From Longimicrobiales bacterium (GTDB lineage: Bacteria > Gemmatimonadota > Gemmatimonadetes > Longimicrobiales > Gaopeijiaceae), in NCBI GenBank assembly GCA_965219445.1, contig CBDCNQ010000003.1, positions 384,001-448,000 of the forward strand: a DNA stretch of 64,000 bases, given 5' to 3'. The first letter of the stretch is position 1; each line of letters starts with the position of its first letter. A program made the translations under genes and the position numbers. Positions 29,632 to 38,707 of the stretch are shown piece by piece. The notes beneath the pieces are model-generated. The model was not told the DNA's origin. It saw nothing but the letters and a program-made list of their open reading frames with translations, and searched no databases.

Positions 29632-30213
29632 TCACTTGGGAGCAACCAGTAGACGCTGGATCAGCTCCTTGTGCTGGGGCGCGTCCCACTCGGTCCCGCC
29701 CGCCACCTTCTTGTAGATGATTCCGTCCCTACCGATGAGAAAGGTCTCCGGCACACCCGTAGTGCGATACAACTGTTGGATCTCCCCTGAGGGATCGTGC
29801 AATAGCGGAAAGGTCAGTCCGAGCGAGTCGCCGAACGCCTGAATATCGCCGCCGGGGTTCCCAGACAGATCGAAATTCCCCAAATCGGCATCGATGCTGA
29901 CCGCCATGATCTCGAACCCGTCCTCCGCAATTTCTTGATAGAGACGCTCCATGGAGGGCATTTCAACCCGGCAGGGGAGGCACCACGTCGCCCAGATGTT
30001 CAACAGGACGACCTCTCCCTCGCGGTCGCTGAGGCGAGCGAGACCACCCTCGAGATCGTTAACCTCGAATTCCGGAGCGACGGTCCCGGCGGTCACCGGC
30101 TGAACACGATCCTGGTTCAGCCAGGCGATGACGATCAGCAGAACGACCCCAACCAACGCGTACGCGTAGGGCCGATTCGGAGATCCGGTGTTCGGTGTCG
30201 GTTCAACCGCCAT
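29632..30213 (-). CDS. TlpA/ResA-type thiol-disulfide oxidoreductase
   Basis: LNIWATWCLPCRVEMP and GVPETFLI.RDG; N-terminal TM. Confidence 0.92.
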   Translation of the reverse strand: MAVEPTPNTGSPNRPYAYALVGVVLLIVIAWLNQDRVQPVTAGTVAPEFEVNDLEGGLARLSDREGEVVLLNIWATWCLPCRVEMPSMERLYQEIAEDGFEIMAVSIDADLGNFDLSGNPGGDIQAFGDSLGLTFPLLHDPSGEIQQLYRTTGVPETFLIGRDGIIYKKVAGGTEWDAPQHKELIQRLLVAPK

Positions 30214-30313
30214 GTGTCAAAGACCCTGGTAAGAGCTAGAGCGCGACCCGCAGTGCTTCTTCGGCAGCCTTCGAGGGTCAGACTTCAATTTAATGCCCGC
30301 ACCCGGAAATCAG

Positions 30314-31153
30314 CTAGTTTCTACCGCCACCGCGGCCCGAGGATCGCCTCCCGACGACCAACCTCACACCACTACCAGGGCCCACGAGGCTGTCCGGCGG
30401 CGGAAACTGCTCAACGACTCGGCCCTGATCCCGCCCGAACCGGAACCGATACTCGATCTCCGTAAGCTCGAAACCGAGGGAGTCGAGGAGGATTTCAGCA
30501 TTCGCCTGTTCGATCCCGAGAAGAAGCGGCATGGGGACCAACGGAGGACCGGTGCTGACTAGGACTATGACCTCCATAGGAAGATCCACTTCCGTGCCGG
30601 CCTCAGGAAGGACCTCCACCACCTGGCCCGCGGGGAGTTCAGCCAAGAGCGTGTCCACGATGACGATGAAGCCACTCGCTTCGAGAACTGTCCTAGCCGA
30701 GTTCAATCCGAGCCGCACCACATCCGGCACTGGCCTCCGCACCGGACCGAGGCTCACAGTCAGAGCAACCGTGTTCGTCGCCGTAGAAAGCTGCCCCGCA
30801 AGGGGGGTCTGACCCAACACTTCGCCCCTCAACACCGTGGGGTGCCGAAACGAATCCGTCACTGCAACGGCAGCCCCCGCCCTCTCAATCATGTCCATCG
30901 CCACCCAGCGGTCGAGTCCTCGGACATCGGGGACCTCGAAGAGATCTCCCGGCGGCGGCGGCATCGGGAAGAGTAGACGGGTGCTCACGACGTAGCCGAG
31001 CACCAAGCCGAGGACCAGAATGGGGGCCGCGACGAAACCAACATCTCTGGAGACCTTGATCTTGCCAAGATGAATCCACTTCTTGGTCTCCGGCCACTGG
31101 AAGCGTCCGTCACTGCGGAATCGGCGCCGCCGGATCGAGCTTCCCAGTCTCAT
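30314..31153 (-). CDS. PASTA-domain protein (TM plus about 3 PASTA repeats, no kinase)
   Basis: VPDVRG, G.V.GQ.P.AG, V.L.VS.GP repeated three times. Confidence 0.88.
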   Translation of the reverse strand: MRLGSSIRRRRFRSDGRFQWPETKKWIHLGKIKVSRDVGFVAAPILVLGLVLGYVVSTRLLFPMPPPPGDLFEVPDVRGLDRWVAMDMIERAGAAVAVTDSFRHPTVLRGEVLGQTPLAGQLSTATNTVALTVSLGPVRRPVPDVVRLGLNSARTVLEASGFIVIVDTLLAELPAGQVVEVLPEAGTEVDLPMEVIVLVSTGPPLVPMPLLLGIEQANAEILLDSLGFELTEIEYRFRFGRDQGRVVEQFPPPDSLVGPGSGVRLVVGRRSSGRGGGRN

Positions 31154-31192
31154 ACAGACGTCTCTCGCCTCGTTTCTGGCATGTCCACTCCG

Positions 31193-32518
31193 TTACAGCT
31201 TCCTCAGGCGGGCAGCGAACGCTCCGTCGAAGCCGAATGCCTGAGGGATAACATAGAGGCATCCCCGATCGTTCAAGAACTTTCCGCTCACGCCTCCGCC
31301 CGGATCCATCTCGAATTCCGGCCAGCGAGTCAGGAACGCTCCGATCTGTTCCTCGTTTTCTTCAGGCTCAAGGCTGCATGTTGCGTACACCAACATACCT
31401 CCACTTGGTACCACTTTCGCGCAAGCGTCCAGGATACGGCTTTGCAGGACCGCCATCTCATTCAGCCGATCCGGCGTGAGCCTCCAGCGTATGTCCGGAT
31501 TGCGTCTCAGCGTCCCCGTCCCCGTGCAGGGAACGTCCAATAACACGATGTCGGGCCCGCTGACCGGGGGTGCGAGCGCATCCGCCTGCACCGCACTTAC
31601 TCGAACACCCTGTCCGCTCTGTTCTCTCACTCTGTTTACGTTCTCCCGAACCAGGCCCAACCGCTCGATCGACCGATCCGCCGCTATGACCACATTGCCT
31701 CGCGCCGCGAGCGCCAGCGTCTTGCCGCCAGGCGCCGCGCAAAGGTCTGCGATGCGGGCATCCGGACTAGGATCGGCATAGGAGACCACCAAGGCAGCGG
31801 CGGGGTCCTGTACTATCGCCGGAACCACCGTCATCGCCTCTTCCAGGAACGCATGCCCAGGAATCACTACACATCCCGTGCCAGAACCGACGGCGGCGGC
31901 CGTAATCTGTTCGGCTTCCAGCGCCTCCACAGCCTCCGACGCCGAGTCCCAGAGGCACCGAAGGGATAGGCGAGGTAGGCTGTTGTTCGCCTCGACCAGC
32001 TTCCACACATCCGCGGTGGACCATCGTGTAAGCCAGCGCTCTACCAACCAGCGGGGATGCGAACCCCATGTGGACAAGAACTCAACAGGATGGGTTTCGG
32101 GGTCGGGGAAGTGCTCCGGGCCACCGCCGTCCCTCGCAATGCCTCGCAATACAGCGTTCGCGAATCCGGCAACGCCCCGTCCGCCTTTGGACTGGACGAG
32201 ATCGACCGCCTGGGATACCGCCGCATACTCGGGCACCCCGCCCATATAAAGAATCTCGTATAGGCCGATCCGAAGTGCGTCCTGTACGGCAGCTTCTACG
32301 CTTTCGAGACCCCGCTTTACTCTCCGATCGAGCAGGTAATCCAGCCGGCCTCGAAGCCGCTGAATGCCGAACACCAACTCTCGGCACCATGCGCGATCAC
32401 GGGCGTCGAGTGAATGAGTAGCGGCCGCGAAGGCCCGGTCGAGCCTCCGACCCCGGGCGACCGCCGCGAGAATATCCGAAGCGGCGAGGCGGCCCTCCGT
32501 GGCGGACGCCGTGCTCAG
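31193..32518 (-). CDS. rsmB: 16S rRNA m5C967 methyltransferase RsmB
   Basis: SHPRWLV.RW, VQD, DLCAAPGGK, DVPCTGTG, RRNPDI, YATCSLE.EEN. The NusB-like N-terminus lies upstream of the listed start; CTG 32518 overlaps the thiG stop. Confidence 0.93.
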   Translation of the reverse strand: MSTASATEGRLAASDILAAVARGRRLDRAFAAATHSLDARDRAWCRELVFGIQRLRGRLDYLLDRRVKRGLESVEAAVQDALRIGLYEILYMGGVPEYAAVSQAVDLVQSKGGRGVAGFANAVLRGIARDGGGPEHFPDPETHPVEFLSTWGSHPRWLVERWLTRWSTADVWKLVEANNSLPRLSLRCLWDSASEAVEALEAEQITAAAVGSGTGCVVIPGHAFLEEAMTVVPAIVQDPAAALVVSYADPSPDARIADLCAAPGGKTLALAARGNVVIAADRSIERLGLVRENVNRVREQSGQGVRVSAVQADALAPPVSGPDIVLLDVPCTGTGTLRRNPDIRWRLTPDRLNEMAVLQSRILDACAKVVPSGGMLVYATCSLEPEENEEQIGAFLTRWPEFEMDPGGGVSGKFLNDRGCLYVIPQAFGFDGAFAARLRKL

Positions 32519-33333
32519 TCCAACATCCCTCGTGTGGGCGACGATGGAATCCCGATCTCCCGTGCCTCCATGCGGCCGGCCAAGTACGCGAGCCGCCCGG
32601 ATTGGATCGCAAGCCGCATCGCGTGCGCCATCGCCACCGGATCGCTAGCGCTCGCAATGGCCGTGTTCATGAGCACGCCGTCCACACCCTGTTCCATCGC
32701 CACACACGCATCGGAGGCTGTCCCGACCCCCGCGTCTACAATGATCGGAACGTCACACCGCCGCTTGATCTCCCGGATAAAGTACGGGTTGACGATCCCG
32801 AGCCCACTGCCGATCGGGCTCGCGAGCGGCATGACCGCAACACAGCCGGCATCCTCCAGACGGAGGGCGGTGACGAGATCATCATTCGTGTAAGCCATCA
32901 CCTTGAAGCCCCCTGCCACCAGCGTCTCCGCGGCTTCAAAAGTGGCCTGCGTGTCGGGTACGAGCGTAGTCTCGTCGCCAATGACCTCGAGCTTGAGCCA
33001 CTCGTTGAAGCCTGCGGCGCGGGCCAGGCGAGCGTAGCGGATCGCGTCTTCGGCCGTGTAGCACCCGGCGGTATTGGGAAGTAGAAAGAACTCCTCGGGG
33101 TCCAGGTGGAAGAGGATGCCCTCGCTCTGGGTGCGGTCCAAGTCGACCCTGCGCACCGCCACTGTGACCATCGCCGTGCCGGAAGCCCGGATCGCCTGCA
33201 CCATCGTCTCGTTATCGGGATACTTACCCGTACCGACAATGAGGCGAGACTCGAACTCCTGATCGGCGATCCGCAGAGGTTCGGTAAGGGCCCCGTCGAC
33301 AGCCTCACCAATGGCCACTTCGCTACCTCCCAT
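32515..33333 (-). CDS. thiG: thiazole synthase
   Basis: SRLIVGTGKY, TVAVRR, LPNTAGC, KLEVIGD, MPLASPIGSGLG, DAGVGTASD. Confidence 0.97.
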   Translation of the reverse strand: MGGSEVAIGEAVDGALTEPLRIADQEFESRLIVGTGKYPDNETMVQAIRASGTAMVTVAVRRVDLDRTQSEGILFHLDPEEFFLLPNTAGCYTAEDAIRYARLARAAGFNEWLKLEVIGDETTLVPDTQATFEAAETLVAGGFKVMAYTNDDLVTALRLEDAGCVAVMPLASPIGSGLGIVNPYFIREIKRRCDVPIIVDAGVGTASDACVAMEQGVDGVLMNTAIASASDPVAMAHAMRLAIQSGRLAYLAGRMEAREIGIPSSPTRGMLD

Positions 33334-33334
33334 A

Positions 33335-33553
33335 TCAGCCTCCTCCAACGAAGTGGACCAACTCGACAGTGTCTCCCTCGGAGACCTGAACGTCCTCGAA
33401 CTGGTCGCGGCTGAGAATCTCCCGATTGAGCTCGACCACGATAAGCTGGGGGTTGAGGTCGAAGGATTCCACGAGTTGATGGACCGAGAGCCCAGGCTGG
33501 ACCTCCCGCTCCTTCCCGTTCACATGTACCTGAATGCTTCCTGGATCACTCAT
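33335..33553 (-). CDS. thiS: thiamine sulfur carrier protein
   Basis: 72 aa, VNG, VVELNREI, C-terminal VELVHFVGGG. Confidence 0.95.
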   Translation of the reverse strand: MSDPGSIQVHVNGKEREVQPGLSVHQLVESFDLNPQLIVVELNREILSRDQFEDVQVSEGDTVELVHFVGGG

Positions 33554-33857
33554 TAGAAGGCTGTTGAAGAAGTACAGTCCGCGTTGGGGATGCCACGGCC
33601 CCAGACCCTAGGCGGAGCGACGACGCCATAGCCGTAGCTACGGCTAGGAGCTCCAACAACGGGGATGGGGCCGTGCCACCCCAACCCTTCAACTCGTAAG
33701 CTTATGTCAAAGATGGTGGTGGGCACAGGGCGGTTGTGCGGTTGATCCTGCGTCTCTCCTCCTCGCCGTAGCGTTGCTACGCCTCGTCGTCGTTCCTTGT
33801 CTGAACGCGCACAAGCGCCCTGTGCGCGACCCGCTGTACTCCTTCAACAGCCTCCTA
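33554..33857. mobile_element. MITE-like non-autonomous element with 24-bp terminal inverted repeats and two internal hairpin modules
   Basis: Left TAGAAGGCTGTTGAAGAAGTACAG (33554-33577) vs reverse complement of right end TAGGAGGCTGTTGAAGGAGTACAG (33834-33857), 22/24 identical; no transposase ORF. Confidence 0.8.
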
Positions 33858-34533
33858 GATTGCTCGTATCTCCTGAAACGCCCGCCTCCACGACATCAAG
33901 ATAAGCCTGGAGGGCGTCCGGCGGAGAGGGGGCGTCCCAGACGCCTCTGATGACGGCCACCCCGTGTCCGCCGGAGGCGAGCACCCCGACCGCCCGCTCC
34001 GGGGTCACGCCACCAATTCCGACCAGGGGGAGATCGACTCGCGACGCCACCAAGCCAATGAACTCGGGTCCCCTGGCGGCCGCGTCAGGGTGCGAGGGCG
34101 TCTCGAACAGCGTGCCCACGAACAGATAGTCCGCTCCCGAATCGGCCGCCTCCACCGCCTCACTCTCGCTGTGCACCGACACGCCCAGGAGCCGATTCGC
34201 CCCCAAGAGACGTCGTGCCTCGGCCGGCGGCAGGGAGCGCGTGCCCAGGTGGACACCCGCCGCGCCAACAGCAAGGGCCACGTCCAGACGATCGTTCACG
34301 AGAAGCAGAACTCCGGAGGCGGCGGCACGCTCATACAGCATCCGTGCCAACCGCGTGAGCCTTCGACCCGTGGTGCGAGGCCCCCGGATATGGAGCGCCA
34401 CCGAGGCACCCACCTCATCCTGATCTACCGGATCGCGCGTTTCAAACACTTCGCACACCTCGCCAACGAGGGTCTCGAAATCGGGCCGGGCGAGGATCTC
34501 GTCGTCGGTGACGAGGTGTAACTTCGGGATCAC
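33844..34533 (-). CDS. thiE: thiamine-phosphate synthase (ThiE/TenI family)
   Basis: LHLVTD, LVNDRLDVA...GA.GVHLG, GVSVHS, GADY...G.LF.T.SHP, GIGGVT; GTG start overlaps the fmt stop. Confidence 0.8.
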   Translation of the reverse strand: MIPKLHLVTDDEILARPDFETLVGEVCEVFETRDPVDQDEVGASVALHIRGPRTTGRRLTRLARMLYERAAASGVLLLVNDRLDVALAVGAAGVHLGTRSLPPAEARRLLGANRLLGVSVHSESEAVEAADSGADYLFVGTLFETPSHPDAAARGPEFIGLVASRVDLPLVGIGGVTPERAVGVLASGGHGVAVIRGVWDAPSPPDALQAYLDVVEAGVSGDTSNLGGC

Positions 34534-35465
34534 TCGAATCGTTGGCCGGCAGTCGCGCCGCGCCCCAGAATCCACGGGCCCGCGCCCATCCGTCGCTTCC
34601 CCGGTGGTTGGACCTCCCGTATGTGTACGGCTCCCTCAGCGGCGGCCACCAGCAGTCCCGCATCCCGGTCGGCCTCCACGATGGTTCCGGGCCGAGCTTC
34701 TGGGATGACCTCCGGGTTCGCCTCTGGCCGGAAGAGCTTGACCGGTTCGCTTTCGAGCTCGGTCCATGCACCCGGAACAGCGTCCATCCCTCGAATAAAG
34801 TTGCTCACGGCCATCGAATCGCCGGCCCAGTCGATTCGGGCCGTGGTGCGATCGACTTTGGGTGCATAGGTCGCCTGCGACTCGTCCTGTTCCCTCTCCT
34901 CTATAACGCCCGCCTCCAAGAGCACGAGCGCCTCTACGAGGGCTTCGGCCCCGATCTCGGACAGTCGCATGCTGAGGTCGCTAGCCGTTTCTTCAGGGCC
35001 GATCGGCTCCTCTGCCTGAAAGAGGATCGGCCCGGCGTCCATCTGCTCGACGATCCGCATGACCGTGACACCGGTGACCGTGTCTCCCCGGACAATGGAC
35101 CAGTTGACGGGCGCCGCCCCGCGCAGCGCCGGGAGAAGTGATGCGTGCAAATTCAGTGAGCCCATTGGGGGGACCTCCAGGACTTCGCCCGGCAGGATCT
35201 GCCCGTACGCCACGACGACGGACACGTCCGCCCCGAGACCAGCGATTTCCTCGACAAAGCCATCACCGCGTGCGGAATCGGGCTCCAGGATTCTGAAGCT
35301 CTCGTCGAGAGCCTCATCCTTGACCGCCGACGCCCGAGGCTCTCTGCCCCTCCCAGCGGGACGATCCGGCCGGGTCACGACGCCCACGACGTCGTGCCCC
35401 TCCTCCCCGAGCGCCCGGAGAGAGGGGACAGCAAACTTCGGCGTTCCCCAGAAGAGGATCTTCAC
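34530..35465 (-). CDS. fmt: methionyl-tRNA formyltransferase
   Basis: FWGTPKFAVPSL, VVT.PD.P.GRG, VVAYGQIL, NLHASLLP..RGAAP, MDAG. Confidence 0.97.
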   Translation of the reverse strand: MKILFWGTPKFAVPSLRALGEEGHDVVGVVTRPDRPAGRGREPRASAVKDEALDESFRILEPDSARGDGFVEEIAGLGADVSVVVAYGQILPGEVLEVPPMGSLNLHASLLPALRGAAPVNWSIVRGDTVTGVTVMRIVEQMDAGPILFQAEEPIGPEETASDLSMRLSEIGAEALVEALVLLEAGVIEEREQDESQATYAPKVDRTTARIDWAGDSMAVSNFIRGMDAVPGAWTELESEPVKLFRPEANPEVIPEARPGTIVEADRDAGLLVAAAEGAVHIREVQPPGKRRMGAGPWILGRGATAGQRFE

Positions 35466-35983
35466 CCCTTCGCCCCCTCCTGCTGGCTTTTCTTCCACTT
35501 TTTGAGCAACGCGCGGCGCTTGAACGGACTCAGCCGGTCGATGAAAAGAATGCCGTCCAGGTGGTCGATCTCGTGCTGGAGTGCCCGGGCCAACAATCCT
35601 TCCGCCTCGACCTGAATGGCCTGTCCCTCAGCGTCGAAGCCGCGGACCGTGACCCGGGCCGAACGCGTGACCACGTCCTCCATCTCGGGGATGCTCAGGC
35701 ACCCCTCGAGCTGCTTGTCCTCTTCGTCGCTCGACTCGACTAGCACCGGATTGACGAAGACCCAGCGCCCACCCTCGGGGTCGTCCTCATCCCGCAGGTC
35801 GAGCACGCACACACGCTGGGAGACACCGATCTGGGGGGCCGCCAGGCCGATCCCCTCAGCGAAGTACATCGTCTCGAGCATGTCCGCGACCAGCCCGCGG
35901 AGTTCATCGTCGAACGCCTCCACCTCCACACCTGGTTCGCGGAGGACTTCTTCGCCGAGCAGCGCGATCCTGCGAACCGCCAT
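35462..35983 (-). CDS. def: peptide deformylase
   Basis: GIGLAAPQIG, EGCLSIP, QHEIDHLDG. Confidence 0.98.
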   Translation of the reverse strand: MAVRRIALLGEEVLREPGVEVEAFDDELRGLVADMLETMYFAEGIGLAAPQIGVSQRVCVLDLRDEDDPEGGRWVFVNPVLVESSDEEDKQLEGCLSIPEMEDVVTRSARVTVRGFDAEGQAIQVEAEGLLARALQHEIDHLDGILFIDRLSPFKRRALLKKWKKSQQEGAKG

Positions 35984-35992
35984 TCTTACTCC

Positions 35993-36325
35993 TTACTTCG
36001 CTGCAGCGTTCGGCCGGTCCTCCGAAACCTTGTGGGAGATTCGGCTCCGCTCGATGGTGATCCTCGTCTCGCCGCCGGTCTTGATGATCAGGCGGTCTTC
36101 GTCCGCCCGAATCACAGTGCCGATGATCCCGCCACTAGTGACGACTTCATCACCCTTGCCGATCGCCGCGATCATTTGCTTCTGACGGTCCCGCTCCTTG
36201 CGCTGCGGACGAATGAGCAAGAAGTAAAAGATGAGGACCACGGCAGTCATGTTCAGGAAAAACACGAACGTGCCATTCGCCCCCTGCCGGGGGGCCATCA
36301 GAACTGCCAATAGAGCTTCAGCCAA
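35993..36325 (-). CDS. yajC: preprotein translocase subunit YajC
   Basis: IFYFLLIRPQRK, KGDEVVTSGGIIG; follows tgt. Confidence 0.95.
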   Translation of the reverse strand: MAEALLAVLMAPRQGANGTFVFFLNMTAVVLIFYFLLIRPQRKERDRQKQMIAAIGKGDEVVTSGGIIGTVIRADEDRLIIKTGGETRITIERSRISHKVSEDRPNAAAK

Positions 36326-36349
36326 AACCGATCTCCGCTTTGTGTTGCA

Positions 36350-37510
<1,161 letters not shown>

Positions 37511-37734
37511 TCAAGGGCCAGAGGTTTCGTGAAGCGTACTCGAGCGCTATTCCTTCCGCAGACCCGACTGGTTTGCTCCAGTGAGCGCACCGTATGATAC
37601 TTCTGCGGCCCTCTCAGGCACATGTAGCGGATATGGAAGAACACCGTTACGGACAACCACCGGAAGGGCAGATTGAGGATGAAGCTCGGAAGATGACGCT
37701 CGAGACAGGACAGACGCACGGCCGGCCTATAGGC

Positions 37735-38652
37735 ATGAGCGTGGCCTTGATGGTCTGTCTGATCCTAACCGCACGACCGGCGCAGGCGTTGATCGCAGCG
37801 CAGCTACCCGGACCCACCCCGGACACGCTCGGCGTCCTCGTCTCCGTAGACTGGCTCGCCGAGCACCTCCCGGATTCCTCGATCGTTCTGCTTCATGTCG
37901 GTATGCCCACCGCGCGGGCCTCCGGCGAGTTTATCCCAGGCGCCCGGTTCCTGAATTATCAAGAGATCGTGCAAGTTCGAGATAGTCTGATTGTGGAGAT
38001 GCCCCCGATCGACGAGTTGATCGAACCGTTTGACGTGGCGGGGGTCTCGGACGGAACGCTGGTCATACTCTACGGCTCTCCGGCACACCTTCCTGCGCGC
38101 GCATATGTGACACTCGACTATCTCGGTCACGGCGCACGCGCTGCGGTGTTGGACGGCGGCCTGGAGGCATGGAAGGCGGCCGAGCATCCGGTCGAAGCGA
38201 TCCCGGCGCAGGGCCCGCGCGGTCTGCTTACCCCTCTCGTCCGGGACGATGTGCTGGTCTCGGCTGAATGGATCGAGGAGCGGTTGTACGACCCCGCCGT
38301 TGCACTCATCGACTCACGGCCTGTAGGTGAGTACACCGGAAATGTCCCGACTCGGATTGGAGGACGGGCGGGTCACATCCCCGGCGCTGGCAATCTCTAC
38401 TGGGAAGATCTCCTCGTGGCTTCAGAGAATCCGGTTCTACGTGATTTCACTGACATTCGGCTCCAATTCCTGGGAGCCGGCGCGGACTACGGAGAGACTG
38501 TGGTCAGTTACTGCTGGGTAGGAATGCGGGCCAGTTATATCTACCTCATCGCCAAACATCTCGGGTATGACACGCGGCTCTACGACGGCTCCTGGAACGA
38601 GTGGAGCAAGAATGATTCGCTGCCGGCCGTGATCGGGTCATTCCCTGGGTAG
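37735..38652 (+). CDS. exported tandem-rhodanese sulfurtransferase (SseA/YnjE-like)
   Basis: LVSVDWL, FIPGA, VLDGGL..W, GHIPGA, active-site YCWVGMRA, LYDGSW.EW; N-terminal signal peptide. Start could be 37693. Confidence 0.88.
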   Translation: MSVALMVCLILTARPAQALIAAQLPGPTPDTLGVLVSVDWLAEHLPDSSIVLLHVGMPTARASGEFIPGARFLNYQEIVQVRDSLIVEMPPIDELIEPFDVAGVSDGTLVILYGSPAHLPARAYVTLDYLGHGARAAVLDGGLEAWKAAEHPVEAIPAQGPRGLLTPLVRDDVLVSAEWIEERLYDPAVALIDSRPVGEYTGNVPTRIGGRAGHIPGAGNLYWEDLLVASENPVLRDFTDIRLQFLGAGADYGETVVSYCWVGMRASYIYLIAKHLGYDTRLYDGSWNEWSKNDSLPAVIGSFPG

Positions 38653-38707
38653 GCCCCTCGCCACCCGAAGATTCTTGCGAACCTGCAGCGATCCTGATGA
38701 ATTGTTG

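Noticed and set aside
33554..33857. TPP riboswitch upstream of thiS-thiG
   Set aside because: No recognisable TPP aptamer core on the minus strand; terminal inverted repeats and a second end copy at 49392 favour a mobile repeat.
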